A DNA stretch of 64,000 nt. Origin: Myxococcota bacterium. GTDB taxonomy: Bacteria; Myxococcota_A; UBA796; CAJQPC01. The notes beneath the pieces were generated by a model, which saw only the letters and a program-made list of their open reading frames with translations, was not told the DNA's origin and ran no database searches. How positions within the stretch are numbered: position 1 is the first letter of the stretch; every line of letters begins with the position of its first letter. Location of the stretch: assembly GCA_036229005.1 (NCBI GenBank), contig JAZAMN010000002.1:41555-105554 (forward strand), in the 5' to 3' direction. Of the stretch, positions 57,402 to 64,000 are shown one piece after another. A program made the position numbers and the translations under genes.

Positions 57402-59618
57402 ATGACCACTGGCGCTCTCTTCCTGCTCAGCATCGCCTGCAACAAGGGCCCCGCCGACGCCATCCAGCTCGACTGGAACGCTGGCGAGACCTTCTACGTC
57501 GCCGCCACCAGCCGCGCGGTCAACGTGAAGACCGAGGAGAGCCCCGCCTCTCTCGACGGCAGCCGCGACAGCGCCTTCGGCGCCCAGTGGAACGACGAGC
57601 TCGTCTGGACCTACCAGGTCGTCGAGTCCGGGCTGGTCCCCACCGAGAGCGACGAGCTCTACGAGTACGCCCTCAGCTCCTCCGGTGAGGTCGAATCCCT
57701 GGCCGTCCTGCGCGCCTACCTGGACGAGAGCCTGAACAGCGACGCCGGCATGCTGGACAGCGATCCCGTCGTCTACCTGGTCTTCCGCGAGGACCGCGAC
57801 CGCCTGGCCGCCGTCATCTCCTTTGTGAACGTGGACGGCGAACGCGTCGAGACCGCCTACGACACCACCGACCTGGGCAAGAGCTACAGCACCCTGTCCC
57901 AGTCCCAGCTCACCGCAGCGCCCACCTACCTGGCGCCCTTCACCGCGAGCTGGGAGGACGACTCCCGCGTGCTGGAGGACGGCTCCTACCTGGACTCCAT
58001 CAAGGTCGACGCCGGCGTGGTCGACGTCCACTTCGACGACGAGATCAGCGGTGACCTGGTCACCACCCGCTACGAGGACGGGCAGCCCTGGCCCACCGCC
58101 ACGGTCACCGAGAACCTGGAAGCCCGCCTGATGACCGCGGACGAGGTCGCCGCCAAGCGCGCCGAGCGTCCCTACATGCTGCCCGAGGCCCCCGAGGACT
58201 TCGACTACCGCGCGGCCCTGGCCTCCTCCATCGACATCGACTCCGTCCTCACCCTGGACCAGGAGACCATCGACGGCGGCTGGGACTCCGGCGTCTACGA
58301 GGAGTTCCAGCCCTGGGCCGGCTCCTGGTGGCCCCTGAGCAAGGGCTCGCTGGTGTTCGGCTACAAGGACAACAGCTGGTCCGACCCCCGGCCCACCTAC
58401 TCCCAGCGCATCAAGGACGACGTCGACCCCATCAAGAAGGAGATGGACAAGCTCTCCGAGGAGATCCGCGAGGCCGACGACGAGTCCGTCAAGACCGAGA
58501 AGCGTGAGGCCTACCAGGCCAAGCAGCAGGAGCTGGTCAAGATCCTCATCGACTTCTACAGCGAGCTCCAGGCCGACCTGGACGGCGGGCGCATCACCCT
58601 GGCCAACGGGGAGATGACCCACGTGGACGGCTGGTCCTACGAGCTGGACGAGCTGTCCCCCATGGACAAGTACGCGCTGCTGATGTGGGCCGACAACACC
58701 CTGCCCGGCAACAACCCCTTCTACCTGAGCGCCTGGGAGATCCTGAACTCCTACAACCCCGCGGGCGGGAGCTGGTGGGGCCACTGCAACGGCTGGGCCG
58801 CCGCCGCCATCCTGACCGACGAGCCCCGGGACGCCGTCTCCGTGGACCTCAAGGGCCAGAGCGTCGAGTTCACCACCGCTGACCTCAAGGGCCTGCTGAC
58901 CGAGGCGCACTACAGCACCAACAGCCGCTTCTACGGCAAGCGCTACTACAAGGAGGGCGACGACATCACCGACCTCTCCCCGGCGGCCTTCCACAAGCTG
59001 ATCACCTTCTACCTCAAGGAGCAGCGCATCCCGCTGGTGTTCGACACCACCGCCTCCGAGGCCGTGTGGAACTTCCCCGCCTACGACGCCTCCGTCGTCG
59101 TGCAGGAGACCACCGACCCCGGCATGGCCAGCCGGATCAACGTGAACACCGCTGACGGCGAGACCCTCCAGGTCCTGGACGGCATCGGCCCCGCCTACGC
59201 CGAGCGCATCATCGAGCACCGCGAGTGGTACGGCCCCTTCCAGAGCCTGGACGACATGACCGCCGTCCGCGGCATCGGCAGCGCCACCGTCGAGGGCTTC
59301 CGGGACCAGGCCACCGTCGAGGCCTTCCAGCGCACCTTTGACGTCGTGGTCGAGGTCACCCTGACCTCCGACGGCGTGGACGAGACCCACCTGGACGGCA
59401 GCACCCCCGAGTCCTTCACCGAGACCTGGGGCTACACCCTGGTCACCGACGCCGACGGCCGCGTGGTCTCCGGCACCTGGGACGACGAGAACAAGCACCC
59501 CGACTTTGCCTGGGTGCCCTACAACAACCCCTCCAGCGCCGGCAACGGCAGCTCGGAGAACCCCTTCCTGCCCTACGGCTCCTTCAAGGACCAGGTCATC
59601 GACCTCGACCGCCACTAG
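57402..59618 (+). CDS. Lipoprotein: transglutaminase-elicitor-like domain with inserted ComEA-type HhH domain
   Basis: PWAGSWWP, LSPMDKY, WWGHCNGW, DLKGLL, VWNFP, HPDFAW; insert INVNTA..GIG..A.RII..R...GPF..RGIG; lipobox SIAC. Confidence 0.8.
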   Translation: MTTGALFLLSIACNKGPADAIQLDWNAGETFYVAATSRAVNVKTEESPASLDGSRDSAFGAQWNDELVWTYQVVESGLVPTESDELYEYALSSSGEVESLAVLRAYLDESLNSDAGMLDSDPVVYLVFREDRDRLAAVISFVNVDGERVETAYDTTDLGKSYSTLSQSQLTAAPTYLAPFTASWEDDSRVLEDGSYLDSIKVDAGVVDVHFDDEISGDLVTTRYEDGQPWPTATVTENLEARLMTADEVAAKRAERPYMLPEAPEDFDYRAALASSIDIDSVLTLDQETIDGGWDSGVYEEFQPWAGSWWPLSKGSLVFGYKDNSWSDPRPTYSQRIKDDVDPIKKEMDKLSEEIREADDESVKTEKREAYQAKQQELVKILIDFYSELQADLDGGRITLANGEMTHVDGWSYELDELSPMDKYALLMWADNTLPGNNPFYLSAWEILNSYNPAGGSWWGHCNGWAAAAILTDEPRDAVSVDLKGQSVEFTTADLKGLLTEAHYSTNSRFYGKRYYKEGDDITDLSPAAFHKLITFYLKEQRIPLVFDTTASEAVWNFPAYDASVVVQETTDPGMASRINVNTADGETLQVLDGIGPAYAERIIEHREWYGPFQSLDDMTAVRGIGSATVEGFRDQATVEAFQRTFDVVVEVTLTSDGVDETHLDGSTPESFTETWGYTLVTDADGRVVSGTWDDENKHPDFAWVPYNNPSSAGNGSSENPFLPYGSFKDQVIDLDRH

Positions 59619-59719
59619 GCCTGCCGCTGGGCCTCCGGGCCCGACCTGAGACGGCGCGTCCTCCCCGGGGCGCGCCGTCCGCGCTCTGGCCTGTTATTTT
59701 CACCCCTTGGAGGTACCCT

Positions 59720-61012
59720 TTGCTCACCCTGCTCCTGGCACTCGGCTGCACCAAGGATGGTGTGTTCAGCGACGACACCGGCTCGGACAAGGAGCTGCTG
59801 GGCATCCTGCTGGCCCCCGAGGAGCTCATCGTGCCCGTCGGGGGCACCGCCCAGCTCCGGGCCACCGGCCTCTACGACGACCGCACCAGCGGGGACATCA
59901 CCCACCTGGTCGACTGGCAGGCCACCGGCGCTGCGGCCTCCGTCTCCAACAGCCTGGACCAGGAGGGCGTCGTCGAGGGGCTGTCCGTGGGCGAGGCCTC
60001 CATCGTGGCCTCCTGGCAGGGCATCGACTCCGTGCCCCTGAGCGCCTCCGTCACCGACGCCGAGCTGCTGGGCCTCACCGTCGAGCCCAAGGAGCTCTCC
60101 CTGGCCGTGGGCGACAAGGTCCAGCTCGAGGCCATCGCCGCCTGGTCCGATGGCAAGCGCGCGGACGCCTCCTCCCAGGTCCGCTGGGTCACCGACTCCG
60201 GCTCCGTGCTCCAGATCGAGGGCGGCGGCATGGCTCTGGCCGCCGGCGAGGGCAGCACCACCATCCACGCCGAGTGGGACGGCATGAGCACCCCCGATGT
60301 GCCCGTCAGCGTCGTCAAGTCCGCCCGCGCCGACCTCAAGGTGGCCTCCCTCTCCGTGGAGTCCTCCTCCGACGAGGCCACCCTCACCGTCGTCGTCGAG
60401 AACCAGGGCGAGAAGGGCGCCTCCGACTTCTGGGTGGACGTCTTCCTGGACCCCAGCTCCGCGCCCCACGTGGGCTCACTGGGCGACGACTTCGACCTGC
60501 TCTCCTACGTCGGCCCCGGCGCCACCAAGCAGGTCAGCTTCGTGCTCCCCGCCGACCCCGGCCAGCACAGCGTCGCGGTCCTGGTCGACTCCAACGACGA
60601 CGTGGACGAGTCGAACGAGGACAACAACCTCTACCAGGGCAGCATCGACGTGGGCGGCGGCGCCATCGGGCCCAACCTGTCCATCACCTACTTCGACTAC
60701 GTCAGCGACGAAGACGAGATCTACTACGTGGTCGACGTCACCAACACCGGCTCCGAGGCCGTCGGGGAGTTCTACATCGACCTCTTCATCGACCCCTGGG
60801 ATGCCCCCGTGGTGGGCGATGTCAGCGAGGACGGCTTCACCCTGGTCGAGTCCCTGGACGCCGGCGAGACCACCTACGCCGACTTCCTGATCGACTACTC
60901 GGACTGCTACCCCTGCTGGTCCTACCTGATCGTCGACACCGACGGCTACATCGACGAGACGGACGAGGACGACAACCTCGCCGGCCCCCTCTACGTCTAC
61001 AACGCCTACTGA
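59720..61012 (+). CDS. Lipoprotein with two Ig-like (Big_2) and two CARDB domains
   Basis: DITHLVDW, G.A.I.A; ADL.V..V.NQG..VDSNDDVDESNEDNN; GGAGG RBS, TTG start. Confidence 0.8.
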   Translation: MLTLLLALGCTKDGVFSDDTGSDKELLGILLAPEELIVPVGGTAQLRATGLYDDRTSGDITHLVDWQATGAAASVSNSLDQEGVVEGLSVGEASIVASWQGIDSVPLSASVTDAELLGLTVEPKELSLAVGDKVQLEAIAAWSDGKRADASSQVRWVTDSGSVLQIEGGGMALAAGEGSTTIHAEWDGMSTPDVPVSVVKSARADLKVASLSVESSSDEATLTVVVENQGEKGASDFWVDVFLDPSSAPHVGSLGDDFDLLSYVGPGATKQVSFVLPADPGQHSVAVLVDSNDDVDESNEDNNLYQGSIDVGGGAIGPNLSITYFDYVSDEDEIYYVVDVTNTGSEAVGEFYIDLFIDPWDAPVVGDVSEDGFTLVESLDAGETTYADFLIDYSDCYPCWSYLIVDTDGYIDETDEDDNLAGPLYVYNAY

Positions 61013-61029
61013 GCCGCGCGGGGGCGTGA

Positions 61030-61049
61030 TACACTGAACATGTGTCCAG
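61030..61049 (+). promoter_or_regulatory. -10 element plus LexA-like box at imuA
   Basis: TACACT overlapping CTGAACATGTGTCCAG. Confidence 0.65.
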
Positions 61050-61662
61050 CTCCCTCCCCGACCTCGCCGCCCTCCGACAGGCCATCGCCCGGATTGAGAA
61101 GCGGCCCTCGGTGCGACGCCAACAGCCGGTTCACCCCACCGGCCTGCCGGCCTTGGATCAGACCATCCGCGGCTGGCCCCGACCTGGTGTCAGCGAGGTC
61201 ACCGGTAGGCAGGGCAGCGGTCGCCTCTCCCTGGTGCTCCCCGCCATGGCCTGGTTCTGCAAGCGGGGGCAGCCCGTGGCGGTGGTCGACCCCTTTGGGC
61301 TGGCCTACCCGCCGGGCTGGCGCGACGTCGACCTGACCCAGACCCTGCTCCTGCAGCCCGGCCCCGAGCGGGTGGCCTGGACCGCCGAACAGCTCGCCGG
61401 CAGCGGCTCGGTTCCCTTGGTGGTGCTGCTCGACGCACCTCGCTTGGGCCGAGGAGGCCTGAGGTTGCAGCGGGCCGCAGAGCGCGGGGGGTGTGCCGTG
61501 GTGGTCCTCAGCGAGCGCAGCGAGCGCTCCCTCCCAGCCGCTCTTCGCCTGGAGCTTCAGGGCAGGAACGCAGCAGGGGCCCTGCGGCTGTGGATCCGCC
61601 GCCAGCGCGGGGGGGCCTCCGGTCAACGCCTGGAGCTCACCCTGCAGGCCCAAGGCGGTTAG
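61042..61662 (+). CDS. imuA: ImuA (RecA-like SOS mutagenesis protein)
   Basis: TGLPALD..RGWP..G.SE..G..GSGR, YPP, RLQRAAE. Confidence 0.8.
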   Translation: MSSSLPDLAALRQAIARIEKRPSVRRQQPVHPTGLPALDQTIRGWPRPGVSEVTGRQGSGRLSLVLPAMAWFCKRGQPVAVVDPFGLAYPPGWRDVDLTQTLLLQPGPERVAWTAEQLAGSGSVPLVVLLDAPRLGRGGLRLQRAAERGGCAVVVLSERSERSLPAALRLELQGRNAAGALRLWIRRQRGGASGQRLELTLQAQGG

Positions 61663-61671
61663 CATGTGCCC

Positions 61672-61833
61672 ATGAGCAGCAAGCCTCCCGGCATCGCCAC
61701 CCAGATCCTGGCCGTCCTCTTTGTGGCGGCCATGCTCTTCTTCGTGGCCGCCAGCGACCGTCAGGACAAGGCCTGGACCGGGATGCTCAAGGCCTTCGGG
61801 GTCGAAGATCCCGGCGAGAAGGCCAAGGGCTGA
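61672..61833 (+). CDS. Small membrane protein (53 aa, not in the ORF track)
   Basis: MSSKPPGIATQILAVLFVAAMLFFVAASDRQ...; TM helix, high GC3, TAGCAT-N6-ATG. Confidence 0.65.
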   Translation: MSSKPPGIATQILAVLFVAAMLFFVAASDRQDKAWTGMLKAFGVEDPGEKAKG

Positions 61834-61867
61834 AGACCCCAAGGGTTGAGGCCTGCGGCCGCTGCGC

Positions 61868-62176
61868 TCACGCCTCTCCGAGTCCATCCATGTAGGCCTT
61901 CGCCCGCACCTTGGCCGCGGCGATCTCCTCCGGCGTCCAGTCTCCGAGCTTGAGCTCGCCTCCATCCATCTGGAAGTGGTCGATGGAGCTGGAGTGGTAG
62001 AGCGTCTCGGGCCGGGGCTTCCGCAGGTGATGCGCGACCGCGAAGGCGGTGACGTAGTCCTGGGAGGGCTCCCCAGTGGCGAAGCGGTGCGTCTGCTCGC
62101 CGTCCAGGAGCAGGATGGCTTCGTAGGAGGCGGGGTCGGGCTCGTCGTAGAGCAGGGCGATGGAGAGCGGCTTCAT
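61868..62176 (-). CDS. Hypothetical protein
   Basis: 102-aa ORF, SSSIDHF motif, TAGCGT-N6-ATG. Confidence 0.7.
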   Translation of the reverse strand: MKPLSIALLYDEPDPASYEAILLLDGEQTHRFATGEPSQDYVTAFAVAHHLRKPRPETLYHSSSIDHFQMDGGELKLGDWTPEEIAAAKVRAKAYMDGLGEA

Positions 62177-62262
62177 GGCGGGACGCTACGACGGGAGCGG
62201 GAGCGGAGACAAGGCGATCCCCCGGACAGTTTTTGGTCTCTGTGGGGCCTGCGCCTGGGCTA

Positions 62263-62282
62263 TACACTGAACAGACGTTCAC
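62263..62282 (+). promoter_or_regulatory. -10 element plus LexA-like box at imuB
   Basis: TACACT overlapping CTGAACAGACGTTCAC (GAAC-N4-GTTC). Confidence 0.7.
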
Positions 62283-62285
62283 GCA

Positions 62286-63854
62286 ATGCGCCACAAGACC
62301 TCCATCGCCCTGCCCACCTCTCCCCCTTCGGCCTCGTCGGGGTGGAGCGCCCAGCGTGCGCCCTCCCGGGGGCCCCGGGTGCTGGTCGTGGAGCTGCCCT
62401 CCTTCCGCCTGGAGCGCTGCGGCTGGCAGGCCCAGGAGCCGGTCGCCCTCCTGGCCGAGCAGCGCTCCGCGCTCCGCATCCAGGCCATGACCGAGGCCGC
62501 TCGCCGTCTGGGGCTGCTCCCGGGCATGTCCATCTCCGAGGCGCGGGCGCTCTGTCCACAGATCCGCGTGGAGCTGCTGGCCGAGCCCCAGGAGGAGGCC
62601 CAGGACCTGCTGGGCCTGGCTCGGATGCTCCAGTGCTTTGGGCCGGAGTCCCACCCAGTGAGCCCCCAGGCCATCGCCGTCCGGGTGGGTGGCTCTGCCC
62701 GGCGCCTGGGGGGAGAGCGTGCGGTCCTGGGCAAGGCCCGCAGCCTGCTCCGGGACCTGGGGCACCAGCACCGCCTGGTCATCGCCGACACCACCCAGGT
62801 CGCCCTGGCTCTGGCCCGCAGCCTCAAGCGCGACCAGATCGTGCCGCCCGGAGAGAGCGCCCAGGCCCTGGCTGGGGTCCCGCTGGCCTCCCTGGAGCCT
62901 GAACCCCACCTGGCCCAGGTGCTCGCCTCGGTAGGCATCCTGCACTTCGGGGAGCTCGCGGCGCTGCCCCCCAGCTCGGTGGCGACCCGCTTCGGGCTGC
63001 CGGGGGTGCGGCTGTGGCGTATCGCCACCGGCCAGGCCGCAGATCACCGCCCCCCCTCCCCTCCTGCGGAAGACGGCCTCATCAGCTTCCGCCGCCAGCT
63101 CCTGGACCCCATCGAGCAGGTGCAGGGCGTGATCGCGAGCCTGGAGCCGCTGTGCGAACGCCTGCAGACCGCCCTGTCGGTGCTGGAGCTCGCCGCGCTG
63201 CGCCTGCAGCTTCGCCTGGGGGTGGAGCAGGAGCCCGACTTCCTGCTGCCGCTGCGCCTGGGGCAGCCTCGCCGGGGGGCCGCGGAGATGATGCGCCTGC
63301 TCACCCGCCGCCTGGAGAACCTGCGCCTGCCCGGCCGCGTGACGGACGTGACGCTGCAGGTCCTGGAGTCCTGTCCCTTCGTGGGAAAGCAGCAGGGCCT
63401 GTTGGACGCCCAGGGCACCCAAGAGCCCCTGGCCGACCTGCTCGCGCGCCTGCAGGACAGCCTGGGCGCGGAGGCCTGCTTCTCCCCGGCGCTCTGCTCC
63501 TCCCACCGCCCGGAGCACGGCTGGTCAGCGGAAGGGTGGCCTCGTCGGCGGGCGAGCGCGCAGAGCGTGCAGGAGAGCGTGGATGTGTTGCGGTGTGACC
63601 GCCCCACTCTGCTGCTCCGGGATCCCCTCCCCATCCGCTGCACCCAGCACCCGGACGGTCGCCTGGCCACGGTACAGGTGGACCGCAGCGCCTGCCCCGT
63701 GCGGCTGCAGGGCCCCCCGGAGCGCCTGCAGGGCGGCTGGTGGGAGCAGGCCCCCTTTGACCGGGAGTACCGGCGGGTGGTGCTGGCCGATGGGCGCCAG
63801 GCCTGGATCTACCTGGAGGACGACTGCTGGTGGCTGCATGGCTGGTGGGACTGA
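62286..63854 (+). CDS. imuB: ImuB, inactive Y-family polymerase
   Basis: G..PGM...EARALCP, QQGLL clamp motif, RP..LL..P, GPPERL..GWW..R.Y, W.LHG.WD. Confidence 0.85.
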   Translation: MRHKTSIALPTSPPSASSGWSAQRAPSRGPRVLVVELPSFRLERCGWQAQEPVALLAEQRSALRIQAMTEAARRLGLLPGMSISEARALCPQIRVELLAEPQEEAQDLLGLARMLQCFGPESHPVSPQAIAVRVGGSARRLGGERAVLGKARSLLRDLGHQHRLVIADTTQVALALARSLKRDQIVPPGESAQALAGVPLASLEPEPHLAQVLASVGILHFGELAALPPSSVATRFGLPGVRLWRIATGQAADHRPPSPPAEDGLISFRRQLLDPIEQVQGVIASLEPLCERLQTALSVLELAALRLQLRLGVEQEPDFLLPLRLGQPRRGAAEMMRLLTRRLENLRLPGRVTDVTLQVLESCPFVGKQQGLLDAQGTQEPLADLLARLQDSLGAEACFSPALCSSHRPEHGWSAEGWPRRRASAQSVQESVDVLRCDRPTLLLRDPLPIRCTQHPDGRLATVQVDRSACPVRLQGPPERLQGGWWEQAPFDREYRRVVLADGRQAWIYLEDDCWWLHGWWD

Positions 63855-63908
63855 TGGTGCGGCTCCTACGTCCATTTCCCAGGTCAGAACGGCTCCGGAG
63901 CCGCACCA
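63855..63908. repeat. 12-bp perfect inverted repeat
   Basis: TGGTGCGGCTCC (63855-63866) and GGAGCCGCACCA (63897-63908). Confidence 0.7.
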
Positions 63909-64000
63909 CCCGTCATCTCTCTGGCGGGGGGCCGGGCCCCCCCCCCCCCGCCGGCGGGCCCCCCCCCCCGGCGCCAGGAGGGCCGGCCGGCCGGCGCGGG

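Noticed and set aside
63920..64000. Poly-C/G tract as a functional G-quadruplex
   Set aside because: Low-complexity sequence at the very end; more likely poor-quality contig-end sequence

Overview
A gene-dense, very GC-rich bacterial chromosome segment. Gene content and the LexA-like boxes are most consistent with a Myxococcota-like lineage (inference). It holds about 60 CDS and no rRNA, tRNA, CRISPR array or transposase that I can support. Housekeeping genes: large NAD-glutamate dehydrogenase operon (His-phosphatase, thioesterase, maf, yggS), Pal-like lipoprotein, tatD, feoAB, pyrF, bolA-grxD, murB, a YeeE/YedE pair. Larger modules: (1) an orphan contractile-injection spike cassette (PAAR, Zn-ribbon methyltransferase, two gp5/gpV proteins); (2) a TtpB/TtpC-type TonB system with a TonB-dependent receptor and a beta-helix lipoprotein; (3) a split imuA/imuB SOS cassette, each gene with its own LexA-like box. 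The most unusual items are a ~0.8 kb array of structured repeats with co-varying stems (40644-41440) next to a putative PD-(D/E)XK nuclease, a lipoprotein with a ComEA-type helix-hairpin-helix DNA-binding domain inserted inside a transglutaminase-elicitor-like domain, an XRE-HTH::SspB fusion, and a heptamer-based 145-bp tandem/inverted repeat element. Two window-wide patterns also recur: TAnnnT-N6-start (leaderless-type) signatures and extremely short lipoprotein signal peptides. All protein calls come from motif recognition by eye; no database searches were run.
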